Assembly: GCA_030141605.1 (NCBI GenBank)
Contig: JAQGDQ010000286.1
Location: 234,626 to 298,625, forward strand
DNA length: 64,000 nt
Direction of reading: 5' to 3'
Origin: Tubiluchus corallicola
Lineage: Eukaryota > Animalia > Priapulida
The notes under the pieces were generated by a model that was not told where the DNA came from, did no database searches, and saw only the letters and a list, made by a program, of their open reading frames with translations. Shown here one piece after another: positions 1-23,114 of the stretch. Every line of letters begins with the position of its first letter. The first letter of the stretch is position 1. The translations under genes and the position numbers were made by a program.

Positions 1-10
1 TTCATTTTAC

Positions 11-79
11 CTGTATGAAAAGTAAGCCTTGCAGTTGAGTCCACAGACGTTGTCCAATCGTTATTATCCGTACCATCAT
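11..79 (-). CDS. Putative first coding exon of a gene continuing left of the window (MMVRIITIGQRLWTQLQGLLFIQ)
   Basis: ATG at 79, 23 open codons ending at CAG|gtaaaa donor; a candidate upstream non-coding exon ends at a GAT|gtaagt donor near 858. No recognisable domain. Confidence 0.3.
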
Positions 80-1519
80 AAACGGAGGTCTTACACAGAC
101 TGCGACAAATCAACGAACGCATGCCGTTTCAACCTTTTTACTTCTAGTACTGTACACGTATTTACCACAGAAACCTTGATAACACAACATCTCCAAGCAT
201 GTGATTTTAAAAACACCTCCTGTACGTCAATAAACTAATTCTCTTAAAAAAATGAGTAAATGTTGAAGCAATTGCAGTGAGTTTCTTATTGCCGAGTTGT
301 GATATTTCCACGAGCATAATGTAACACTCGTATTTCCGAACCACATCACCGTGCTTTCAAAATATGTATATGTACTATTATTATTGACGTGCTGACAATA
401 AGGCGCATATTTCTAAACTAGGTAGCAACCACACACTGCAGCTTCGTCATCAATACAACCACGCTGTTAACTATACACACTGCGACTCGTGGTAGAACAA
501 TTTTGTGATCACCCCCGTGAAAATACGGGCGAGTATCTTATAAATAGCGCACTCCCCAATCCTGTGCGACGTGTATTACCAGAAACTTACTGTACTACAG
601 CCAGACATACAGCCTACGCAAAACTCAACAGTGAATTGACGAACACGAGTACGCTTCTAATCGTTATTATACACGTCATAGCTTTTGTCTTAGCAGCTTC
701 TTCTTGCATTTCCAATCAGCTAAGTGCTGAAGTAGCTCAGCTGAAGATGTACAAGCAGTGGAGTCTGAGGCCCCTTGGGAGCATCGTATGCAGTTTGCTT
801 AAAAAAAGCGCACACCATTAATTTTTCTGCAAAACGGGTGGCGACTGAGTAAACTTACATCTGCTTCGGTCGCTCGCAGCAATACAAAGAAATAACTATG
901 ACCTCTTCATCTCGTTTCCCGAGCAGGTCCTGTAATGCTCAAATTCTATAAACAGAGCGCTGCATGAGCGGCTGTGTATACTCATCGATAAAAATTTCAC
1001 TGACCCACGAAAAAAAATCACACATCCAAATGGCTTTATGCTGGTGGCTCATTGATATAATAGTACCACTTGAGTACATGAATAATCAAAAATTAAGTGC
1101 TAAGCGTTAAACTTTTTATGAACGCTAATGCTGTGTCTCTATATGCAGTTTCGTTTAGCAATCTCCGTCTAACACAGCACAAGCAGTTCATGGAAACAAG
1201 GATATATTAAGAAACCATATTGTAGACAACCATGAAAACTAATGTGATAACTAACCCTATTACTGTAAATGTGGCTGATTTTCATAACATGGCTATTGTG
1301 GTTTTCTTGTAAAAAAACTCAACAAAATCAGTAAAAATCTAAACTTCTTTAAATTTAATGCAATATTTTTTATCATCGCTAAGCAGTTGCGCTCTCCTGT
1401 CTCAATTTATTATGTTTTGCACTGCACAAGAAATTTGCATAAACGAATTTTACAGCTGATCATCTACTGATAGCAAACGTTGCATTTTAAATGATCAGAG
1501 GTTGTTTTTCTATTACTTA

Positions 1520-1631
1520 CAAATAAAAACACCACACTTCAAGACGGAAACAATCACGTATTAAAACATAAAATAAAAACACCACACTTCAAGAAGGATA
1601 CAATCACGTATTAAAACATAAAATAAAAACA
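1520..1631. repeat. ~50-bp direct tandem duplication
   Basis: aaataaaaacaccacacttcaag...caatcacgtattaaaacata occurs twice, plus a partial third copy. Confidence 0.8.
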
Positions 1632-2489
1632 CAGAAGCAGAAAAGAAAATCACAGACCACAATCACAGAAACTGGAAGATTGCGACACAAACTTTTTAAA
1701 AATTAGTACTAGCATCCTTTTGTTATTTTACCTTTCTTCCTCTTGTTTACCGCCTGATGACAAACGCCATTGCCATTTAAAACGCAGAGCTTTTTCAATG
1801 TTTTGTCAGTGGAATTTTTTTTAATAATTATGACTGTTCTTGTCATTAAGAATTAAATTTGTATCTAATTAACTCATTTCATTTAATAACAGTTTTTTCA
1901 CAAAACTGAATCACAAATTTTCAATACAGAAAAGCATCATTTAGCAGTTGATTAATGGGGCAAGGTAATCAATACTTACACTTTTTCAACAAGTAAAATT
2001 AACCGCTGGAGCTTGAGATCTATGGGAAAGACTAGAAGTTTTATGACAGGAAGTTGGGCTACAAACCTGAAGATGATTCAATTTTGTCAAAATTTATAAA
2101 ATACTGTATATTTATATGTTTTATATATACAGTACATATAAAGATACGTAAACTTGCTAAATTTGCATAAGTCTAGAACTAGCTGTAAAAACCTGGGAGA
2201 TTTTTTCTGTGGAATGGGAAAACTATTAAAAATTGCCTCTGAATTTCAAGTAAAAAAGCATCTCGAAGTTTGATTATGATCTCTCAACTATCGTACCAAG
2301 TTGATGACTGTTTTTCGTATATTTTAGTAAATTTGTTCAAAGGCGAACCAGGAAGATGCAGAAAAGGAATGTCAGCCAAACTGTGACAGTCCAGGCAAAC
2401 CAAATGGCTGACCAAGAAAGCCAGAGGTGGCTAATTACTGCATTTTACTGACCATATACTGAACTAATCAATTATGGTACAAATTGGTG

Positions 2490-5192
2490 TTATTTTGCAA
2501 AACGATGTACATCCAGCATCGTAGCAGACCTTTCTTTTGCAATTACTTTACTTAAGTGATGATGCTTTGATGACTTTTCATCAGATTCTGGAAGACGAAA
2601 TAAAGTTTTAATTGCATCAAAACGTAGATTACTGCCTGCTCTTTCAGCTTCTGCAATATCAGAAACAAGGTCAACATTTTCAAAAGAGTTAATTTTCAAA
2701 TATTCCGGAGTTGACGTCGGAAGCATATTTTCATTGTAACGCACGACATCCATATTAAAAGTAGTACCTGTGTGAATATTTGACACCTGCGGCAAATGTT
2801 CCATCGCTTCCTGCCATTTCTCGAAGGTTTTCAAACCTTCACGATATTCTTCTAACTGTAAATCAATTGGTTTATTTGGAAAGTAGTAATCAGTCACTGA
2901 ATAAGGGAGCTTTCTTGCAGTGGGTTGTGTCCCAGGAGCAGGATCAAATATATGCAGAGGAGAATACTTTGGCGCATTTATCAACTCCTGTGGAACTGTA
3001 AACTCACTGTGCACTGTACGAGGTTCTGTTTCTTCCACACTATGTTTGCTGCTAGGTTTTGATATGGTTACACTTGACTCAACTGATTCGGCTAAATCAG
3101 TTGCTAATTCACCTTCAAGATGTTTTTTGCTCAAGCACTTATTAGCAAAGTAAAGGTACATTACTTCCACCCGTTCAATCCCAGGAAAATCAGCAAATTC
3201 TGGGAACAAACATTCGTGATTTTGGGGAAAGTTGAAATTAATATCGTGAAGAGAGATATCTGGTATGTTACTTGTGGCGACATCTGGCATAGGTAGCTTA
3301 TTGTAAATCCCAAGGTCACATTTGCCCACTCTTGGAGGTGCTGGGAACTGCGATAAGTCATACTGGCCAGGCATGTGGCCTGTCAAAAAATCTACTTGGG
3401 GAAGACTCTTTGTTTTGCTAATTTTCTCAAAACTAAGGGCTTTTTTACTTTCGACACCCGTAATGTCAGAGACATCTTCAGACGACATATCGCCCTCTAT
3501 ATTGACAACAGAACACTGTTCAAATTGGATTTTTGCTAAATAATCTTTGATCTTTCTTAATCTTTTCTCCATCCTACATCGATATATCACTTTCCATGTA
3601 GCAGCGATAAATCTTTCTAATGTTCTTTGTCGCTGGGCCCACAGATTAATCTTTCCTCTGTCAAAAGATGGCTGACGTATAACTGTATCATCAGCACTTC
3701 TACAGGTTCTTCCTGCTAATGAAACTGTAGCAACATCAGAGCCTAACACTGATTGCTCTGACATGAAGACCATTGCCTCTTCTGTCTGTGATAACTCAGC
3801 CTTAGTTTCAGAAGTAAGAGGCAAAAATCCATGTTTTACATCAATTTTTTCACTGTCCTCCTTATCGATTTTCTTGCACCTGTCCAAGAAAATTTTTTCT
3901 TTGTCCATTCTACTCAGTTTGCTGCTTGCATATTTTTTATTTACCTTTACTAAGACATCTTCACATCTTGAACTACTCTTGCTTTTGTGCTTCTTTAAAA
4001 ATAAAATATTCTTCTGTTGACCTGCTTGATGTTTCCGCTCAAAAACTTTGTCTTGAAAAACTTGTTTTTCTGGTAATCTTAGGTCACTAGTTTCATGTTC
4101 AATTATACTTGCAATATCTCTTTTTAGTGAGTCCATGCTTTCCTCTAAAACAGACTGCTGAAGTTCCATGAGTGCTAAGCCAGCGCTTTCAACAACATCT
4201 GACTCACTTCTGTCACAAGGCTGCAAAAGACTTTCATTTGATGTTGTCAGTAAAAGTCTACTACTTTTGCTAGCAGCAGTTCCATCCACGGCTTCTGTTG
4301 ATGTTTCTGTGGCATCGTTCACACTTTTTAGCGCAGCAGAACTATCACCTAAAACTTTCTCTGTTTCGGATATGAATGGCAGTTTTTCCGTTGAACCAGT
4401 TATAACACAGGTCAATGGAGTACTGTCAAAATGCAGTAAATGCAAATGAATTTCTGCACAAGCTGCTTCCAGATTTACTGGTTTAAATGTGATGAAAAAC
4501 CTTTTCTCAGACATTCCAGGAATTACACCATCACGAGGATGATAGGTAAATGCCGGATGATCTTGTACAATGGTCACCCAGAAACTACATTCTGCAGCCA
4601 TATCATTCTTTAGAGGAAGAGCAAGAGTTTTGCTTTCTCCACATTGTAAAGCAGGAAACGTTAAAGCTTCGGGAAAACTTGGCAGCAACTGTGCTTCCGT
4701 TGCATGGATTGGAATTAGTAAATTCTTATTATTCTGGCAATGTATCCTAATACAGTCATAGTAATAGCGTGTTTCTTGAGGAGTAAACACAATGTTAACA
4801 GTCATTTTCAAACCTGGCAAAATGGTTCCTTTTTTGGTATAAGAAATCGAGAAAAACTCTGTCTGCGGAGGAATTATGTGTATCTTTTGGCTTCTCACAG
4901 AGGTATTTATGATTTGCAAAGTTAACTTTTGAGAACTTCCTGACACAAACTTGGAAAAATGTAACACGGCCGGTTTAACAAATATGTCTTCATTCTTTTC
5001 TTGTGTGAATACTTTGGTTTCCAGTAAGTGGTTAGGGACACCTGCACATGATGCTGGTTCAACTTCTCCACACAAGAAAGTGGACAAGCTTCCTTGTAGG
5101 AGTTTGGGTGACAATGACAGATTTTCTACCGCAATTTGACCTTCATTTGGTATATTGCATACGTCAAGCGAGAAGCACTCAGAACTAGCCAT
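2490..5192 (-). CDS. CFAP221: Cilia- and flagella-associated protein 221 (PCDP1)-like, uninterrupted 900-aa CDS
   Basis: N-terminal ASH/Ig-like segment VPNHLLE...KPAVLHF...HIIPPQT..F...PGL...F.P.E.RYYYDCIRIHC...LLIPIHA recognised as CFAP221; IQ-like RQRTLERFIAATWKVIYRCRMEKRL segment; splice acceptor (tttttacag) ~40 nt upstream of the ATG. Confidence 0.85.
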   Translation of the reverse strand: MASSECFSLDVCNIPNEGQIAVENLSLSPKLLQGSLSTFLCGEVEPASCAGVPNHLLETKVFTQEKNEDIFVKPAVLHFSKFVSGSSQKLTLQIINTSVRSQKIHIIPPQTEFFSISYTKKGTILPGLKMTVNIVFTPQETRYYYDCIRIHCQNNKNLLIPIHATEAQLLPSFPEALTFPALQCGESKTLALPLKNDMAAECSFWVTIVQDHPAFTYHPRDGVIPGMSEKRFFITFKPVNLEAACAEIHLHLLHFDSTPLTCVITGSTEKLPFISETEKVLGDSSAALKSVNDATETSTEAVDGTAASKSSRLLLTTSNESLLQPCDRSESDVVESAGLALMELQQSVLEESMDSLKRDIASIIEHETSDLRLPEKQVFQDKVFERKHQAGQQKNILFLKKHKSKSSSRCEDVLVKVNKKYASSKLSRMDKEKIFLDRCKKIDKEDSEKIDVKHGFLPLTSETKAELSQTEEAMVFMSEQSVLGSDVATVSLAGRTCRSADDTVIRQPSFDRGKINLWAQRQRTLERFIAATWKVIYRCRMEKRLRKIKDYLAKIQFEQCSVVNIEGDMSSEDVSDITGVESKKALSFEKISKTKSLPQVDFLTGHMPGQYDLSQFPAPPRVGKCDLGIYNKLPMPDVATSNIPDISLHDINFNFPQNHECLFPEFADFPGIERVEVMYLYFANKCLSKKHLEGELATDLAESVESSVTISKPSSKHSVEETEPRTVHSEFTVPQELINAPKYSPLHIFDPAPGTQPTARKLPYSVTDYYFPNKPIDLQLEEYREGLKTFEKWQEAMEHLPQVSNIHTGTTFNMDVVRYNENMLPTSTPEYLKINSFENVDLVSDIAEAERAGSNLRFDAIKTLFRLPESDEKSSKHHHLSKVIAKERSATMLDVHRFAK

Positions 5193-6773
5193 TGGGTAGA
5201 AGTTTCACTTACAAAGCTCAAGTACAGTAATCTGTAAAAATAAATAATAAATACCTTTACACAAAACTCGTTTGATATGTCGATGTCCAACAATTAGCAA
5301 AGCAACCTTTAGTAATCTTAGGTAAAAATAAACTAGTACACATGAACAAAATTACATATTACAGAATAGAGGTAGTCTCATGGCAAAAAATCAAACAGAG
5401 AAAGAGCAGTTCAGAGTCTTGACAACAATGTCAAATACCTAAAACTGCTGAAAGATTGTCTCAGAAGCACAGGAAAATTTTCATATAAACCATTAATTGT
5501 TAAAAGTTATCAATCATGCTATATAAAAATGAGCTAACAAAGGTTATCCTACAGGTTAGGGCCAGATTATAATTATTTAAAAATTCCTAACCATTCACAG
5601 GCATTCACATTCACATTCCTAAACATAAGCATGCACAGATTGAAATGGCAGCCGTTTTTCGCCACTTGTCTGTTTTATAAATACAATGATACCTACACAT
5701 AAACAATCCACAGTTACAAACAATCGTCAATTTTTTAAATATTTTTGTAGACCCCTGAATTAAAATTTCACACATGATACACGCCTGCATGGTTAGGTTG
5801 CATTTTAAGTTATGTTCTGCACTTCTAACACAACACAAATTCCTTAAGTTTCCTACATTTTTTGAAATTGCGTAAAACCCTAAAAATGACTAAATATAAT
5901 CATTAACATATTGTCTGCCTCTATGAGCATTTTATTTATTTATTCATTTTATTTTATTTTATTTTTATTTTTCACTTCAGCACAACAGTACAAAACAATG
6001 TACAAAAAAAAATAAAATGACCAAAATAACAAAACAATTAACATCAAATCAGAAAAAATTACGTAAGTCGTACATATTGTGTAACAATACCATAGATATG
6101 GTTTATGTAGATCAAAGATCTTGGTGATTGCTTAGAAGTGTTCTGCATTCTAGACTGTCTTGCTGTTCTGATCTTCTTTGTTTAAGTTCCTTATTAGTTT
6201 AATAAATACTATTTTATTATGCACGCATTTGTCTGGTTGCTGATATAATTGTAGCGTGTAACATATTGTACTGCAGAACACTGAAGAAGCTGAGAGCTTG
6301 TAAATGCTTTCTGGAAATGTGAAAAAGAGAAGGAAAAAGGTGGTAGTAGTAATAAACGTTTGGGAAAAATAGTGTGAAGAATGGCGATCGATGGGGTGGG
6401 GTGCATTGCAAAAAAACCATATTCTTGAATGATAAGTACAACATATAAAGACATAGACAAAGACAGACATAAACTACAATTGATGTTTGCAAATTTGACA
6501 ATTAACAAAGATATACGTTATGTACATATAATATATATTAACAAGATAAACAAACTATAAGAATAGACAAAGATAGACATAGCATTTAGTTTACACTGGT
6601 TTCAGTTTTAAATAGCAACTGCTCTTAGACTTTGAATACCAAATCTAACGGAATCATACCAAAATAATATCGTGTTATCCGTTTTTATTATAAGTTAGTA
6701 CGCGCGTTGCACAAAGAAATTGTACGTGTCATCGAATTTGAACCTCTTTCGATAAAATCAATGTTGTTCAGCC

Positions 6774-6792
6774 GTTGCTATGGTTATAAACA
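6774..6792. promoter_or_regulatory. RFX X-box with overlapping forkhead (FOXJ1-type) motif, probable CFAP221 promoter
   Basis: GTTGCTATGGTTAT resembles the X-box consensus GTTGCCATGGCAAC and overlaps ATAAACA; lies in a CpG-richer patch ~1.6 kb upstream of a motile-cilia gene. Confidence 0.6.
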
Positions 6793-8144
6793 AGTTATTT
6801 TTGCAAAGTGCGCGGTGAATATTCCGCCAACGTATCCCTCGTACGCGCGCGACCACACGATGCTGCGTGGAGCCTGCATGTAGTCCATGTACCTCAAAAC
6901 CACATGTTTACGTCAATCGCTTCAAACTAGGCTAGCGCCCACGCAGGACAAGAGGTACCAGTAGAAAAGTGAAAACATGTCAAAGAAAATATAATAATTA
7001 ATTGTGATAGTTTGGTATCACGTTAATTCGTTACCATTAAAGGCAAAAGCCAAGTCTTTCGGGAAGTTGAGCTTATTTTGATATTTGAGAAAAATCTTAG
7101 AAGGTCTCACCTATAAGATTGTGATAAGTGACTAGTGTAATTGGTAACATCAATTTATAAAGTCGTGATCGTTCAAAATTGGACGTCCTCATTTTGAAGG
7201 AATAATGCCGTCATCAGATTAATGTACAATTACATCCGTTTCAATCTAAGACTATCCAGGCTATTAGGCTAGGCCACTTAATTGTAAAATTACTCAAGTG
7301 CTTAGTGCAGTGGGAAAAACGAGTCCACCAAGTCTTCTATAAGTAAGTGGCTTAATTTTGAAAATATGCAAATCCATTTGCTCTAAATAGAAACTTGGCA
7401 ATATCTACAATGGGAAATTATAATGTATTATGAACTTCTTCAGTTCTTTGAACTACTTGACAATAAATATACTGCGCTACTGTTGCACAATACAACTTCG
7501 AACACCATTGCGCAAACAACACCATTTGCTCCAATCAAGCGGCTTAAGCCTACTGGCAATCTGCACTAAAATTAATCTGACTATCCCGCGTTCAATGTTA
7601 CATTTCAACATACAAGAAATTGAAAAAAATGCATACAGAGCGCATATTATACAAGCCTGCATTACTTACATCAGTCATACAATGCAAGTTCGAGCACCAT
7701 TAATTTGTGTAAATAACACTATTTTCACCAGTCGAGTCTACTTTCAATCGGCATTAGAGATGGCTATCTTGTGTTTAATGGAAAATTTGTTTCAGATCTG
7801 CTCAAATTTGTTTCAACTAACCAGCCGAAAGAAATAGACTTATTTGCCTGATGTAGAATGAATAATTAACCAATTCAACCCGAATGTAGCTAAAACAACC
7901 AATTAATTCTGGCTGCTTCATTTTCTTATTTTACGGGATTACGCTGTCGTAAATAATAAGCTAGATCCGGTCTTACTATTAACGGACATATGTAATTGTT
8001 TAGGAGTTGTAGAGAAAATAATATACAGAGAAATAAAGTCATTTTACGTTATTGACGCTATATACCTAAATTTCATTTTTTCACAGATTTTCTCTTCTCA
8101 CAATTTGAGACGTGCTGCTTCCAAAAACTATAAATTATGGTGAT

Positions 8145-9312
8145 TAAGATTCTGCATAAAACATTATAGCAGTATCTTCTTGTTTTACCACCGGATTTTA
8201 TTTATATATTTATTTATTTATTAAGATTCTGCTTACAGCTGAATCTCTTTGTTTTACCACTGATTTTTATTTATTAATTATTTATAGTACGCCTTTTTGT
8301 TTCATCAAAAACTCGCACATGCACAGGGCAAGGTTCACAAAACTTACAGGGCACACTCTCCTGGTAAGAGGATTTATGTTCGCACATGACCCGTCACCCT
8401 TGGATCAAAGGTCACAGAGCGGGCAGAACATTTTGTTTTTTTTCGTTAGGCTGGATTTCCTCCTACAGTTTTTGAGTTAGGGCCACAATGTGGCTAGGTG
8501 ATGTCGAGTTGTTATGCACGGCTGAATATGAGCGAATTGGGTGTGTGAAAATTTTTCGGTAAGAGGCAAGGGTGTCGGGGACACCAGTACTTCCAATTTG
8601 GGGTAACACTGTCGTGTAATATATCAAATGAAAGGTCTTGTTGAGACGAATCGAATGGTATAACTTTCGCTGATTTTGGCTAGCCCATGACCCCACTAGG
8701 GGACAGAAACCGAAATCACGGGTTGGGACACTAATGCTTCCGTGTCAAGTAGCAGTAGCTTGTACTACGTCAAATGAAAGGTATTGATGAGCAGAATGGA
8801 ATGGTATGAAGTTACGCCCAGATTTGTTGACTCTTGACCTGCTAGGAGGCAAAAAACAAAATTGAGGGTCATGTAGACAAATGCTTTTCAGTGTCCAGCA
8901 GCATCAGGTTGTCAGTATATCAAATGAAAAGTATCAATGAGACTAATCGAGTGGTATAAGTCATGCCTGCATTTGTTGACCCTTGACCTCGAGGTCAGAG
9001 GTAAAGTGGAAGTCCCAGTTTTAGTGTCTTACAATACATCAAATGAAAGGTCTCGATGAGACGAATTGAATGAGACAACCTAAGCTTAGACTGGTCAACC
9101 ACAGGCCCCACTAGAGGATGATAAGTGAAATTGTCTGGCAGTAATACAAAATCTTCCTACGTTGAGCAACAGTATGTTGTAGCATATCAAATGAAAACTC
9201 TTGATGAGAAGAATTGAATGGTGTATCTTGACCCGTATTTGGTCAGCCTTGAGCCACTGGTCACTGATCAAAAAGTTACAAATTCTGATTTCATTGAAAC
9301 TGTTAATCGAGT
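8145..9312 (+). mobile_element. Non-autonomous Helentron/HINE-like element with internal ~140-bp tandem repeats
   Basis: tcaaatgaaaggt(c/a)t..atgag...aat.gaatggtat recurs at ~8624, 8770, 8920, 9040, 9187; starts ttaagattctgc...tttattt; a reverse-complement relative lies at 55066-56165. Confidence 0.55.
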
Positions 9313-9399
9313 CAGACACAACCGTACTTACGTAAATTGACCAACACACAGTGTTGTTAATTATTTTGAAAACAATTTTATTTGTAGATACAAAACAAA

Positions 9400-10682
9400 A
9401 TATGTCATTTAAAGCACCTCCTGTCACAGAAGCAGAACCTTACCACAGTTTTCGACACAGTCAAAGACGTCCAGTAGTTTATTTTTATTCTCCGCTACGA
9501 CGCTTAATAGCTCTAAAACCATACTAGATAGAGACCCCAGACTTGCAGGGCAGACACCTGGGGTAGGGGTACAGACATTGGTATCATGACCGTTGACCTC
9601 CTGTCAAAAGGTCAAGGACACTGGGCATCGGCTATTTTTTCGATTATCATTCAACCGATTTCGATTTCGAACAACTTCTCCTAGGAGTTTGAGTCAAATT
9701 CAAATTTTTTTCACAGGTATTTAGATCTTTTGGTGTAGATGTGCATTAGGTATTTTTCAAAAATTGGTGTGTGGAAAATTCCGAGTTAGGAGCCGAAATG
9801 TGAAAATTTGGGCAAACGGCTTTGTCGTTCAACTCCTCTTAGTCGATTATGGGTCTAGGGGGTCAATGTTTATGTATGTTTGGGTAACCGGGTAGGTCTA
9901 GATGTGCATTCAGTATTTTCAAAAAGTGCGTGTGGTCAAGTCACGTTACATAAGCGAAAGTGTTAAAATGGGTTCACGTCAATAACTCTAAAAGTACAAG
10001 AGCTAGAATCACAAAACTTGTAAAGCGGACACCTGAGGCAGGCAGTCAGACGTGACATCAGACGTGATGTGGGTCAAAAGTCACACAGTATTTGAATAAC
10101 AGTCCATGTTTTTGCATGTATTGGTAGCGGGGTAATGATAGATTTGCATTAAGTATTGTTTGAAAAATAGGCATGTCCAAGTCACGTGACATTGGTGAAA
10201 CTGTTAAAATTTTGTCAATACCTGGAAAAGTAAACAAGCTGGAGTCACAATATTTACAGGGTGGGTACCTCGCGTCAGGGCACAGACAACGGAAAACCAG
10301 ACGGTGACCTATGGTCAAAGGGTCAAGGACAGTAGACAGTAGACATAGTTTTCGTTAGGCTTTATTTACTATTACAGTTTTTGAGCTAAGGCACAATTTT
10401 TGGTATGCGGCTAGATGAGCCCAATCTCTTATGACTGACTGAATTCAGGTCATTTGGGATAGCAAAAAAATTTCGATGAGGAACCAAAAACTGAAAATGG
10501 GTGGGTTGTCACAGATGTTTTGCCGGTCTTGAAGAATAGTGGCTTGTAGTGCATCAAATAAAAGGTTTCGATGAGATGAACTGCACGGTATAGGTTGGCC
10601 CGAAATTGGCTGACCCCTGACCTACGATCACGGGTCTAAATGTCGCAAGTTGCGATTTCGTTGAAACGAAATGCAAGCATTG
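9400..10682 (+). mobile_element. Second related HINE-like element
   Basis: Shares tgacc..tgacc/caaaggtca motifs and the catcaaataaaaggtttcgatgag unit with the adjacent element; ends in hairpin-like gatttcgttgaaacgaaat. Confidence 0.45.
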
Positions 10683-11087
10683 TGAATACACTGAAGACAA
10701 TACTGAGACCTTCAGATCCAAGACCCATGGGGTTGCGATCCGAAAGTGGCATGTTCCAATTTCATCGAAACAAAATGCAGCTACGTTACTTTAAAGTAAT
10801 GTATTATCACATTGCACTACATTACATAATTTTGATATTGCTTTTCTCTCAGTATATAGTTAAAGGACTTTACGAAAACAGCAGAGCTACTACAGCCACC
10901 TGTGAGTGCACTTTCAATGTGTTTACTGTGCTTACTTTCCCAGGTAAGTAAGACCTTGACTTACGAGGCATGTAGGCTATTAGTAAGTAAATATCAGCCT
11001 CAAAAAGAAGGCGTGCCATAAGATTTATTACCCTGATTCCCAGACTCCGAATTTTCGTCAGTTGTAGTAACTTTTGTATATTTGAAA

Positions 11088-21973
<10,886 letters not shown>

Positions 21974-22281
21974 GCAATGACTGATTAAAAGTGCTACAGT
22001 CTGTCTATCTGTCTAGCCTATAGACATAGGGATAGTTTTTATATAAACTATTCCGTTGGTCTTGTAAATGTAATTATAATTATCTGGAAATAATAAAAAT
22101 TGATAAAACTCTATTGACTTTTGTGTTGTATCAACTTTTTGACATAATTATTATCATTAATTTTAAGTTTTATCCTTATGTTTTTTATATATCGAAGCAA
22201 ATGTGGCAGTCGTACTAATCATTACAGGGAAGAAAAATTAAATGGCTGTATTCAATCTAAAGTCAAATAGAATACATTAAC

Positions 22282-22420
22282 GATGATGACAATCATGACG
22301 ATGATGACAATGATGAAGATGATAATGGTGATAATGTTGTTGATGATGACGTGTAAAATGATAACAATGATGTTGACGATACATGTTGATGATGACGATG
22401 ATGAAAATGACCTCAATGAT
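22282..22420. repeat. Degenerate (GAT)n microsatellite
   Basis: Seen directly. Confidence 0.85.
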
Positions 22421-23114
22421 AGCTGCGTGCTCAGGGCAGTAGTGGCAATAGTGCCGACAACATTTATTGCTTTTCTATGGCTTTCGTTAGGTTGTTATTG
22501 TAGCCATCGTCAACTGCCATTATTGTTGCTGTTGTGTAATGTGTGTTGTTGATTTTATTTAGAATAGGTTAGGTTGAATTGGTATTTTCTAAGATCTTTT
22601 GTCATCTGGCTTTTTTAAATGTATTTTTTCCTCCAACTTTTATTTTGTTACTTCTCGTATCCATAATCACAGAAGTTTGTTTATTATCGTGATGCAACAA
22701 TAATAATTATTATGGTAATGTGCTTGTTCTACTTTGTAGTAGTAGTAAATCTCCAGTGTTATAATTCTTTTGAGACAAATGTTCTTCGACTGTAATTGCG
22801 ACAAATTGCACATTCAATAGATTGTCATCAACACAGGTTCCATGGCAAGTTTTTCACTATAATTGTTTTTGTTTGGTGTTTGTTTTTTGTGGTGTTTTTT
22901 AATTTGTCTCCCGATATGACTAGATTAGTAATTTCTAATTTCTAATCTATCTAATCTCGATTTTGTACACAATCATGTAATTAACAAAATATTGCTTCTT
23001 CATTTTTGTTGTTATTTTTCTAAATATACATGTTTTGTTTCAGTGCAAGCAAGAAATGCTATGCGTAACTTGAAACAGAGCAGTGCACTCTTTTCCTGTA
23101 GAAATTTCTGAAAT

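Noticed and set aside
2780-5139. Multiple short plus-strand ORFs
   Set aside because: Antisense shadows of the CFAP221 CDS.
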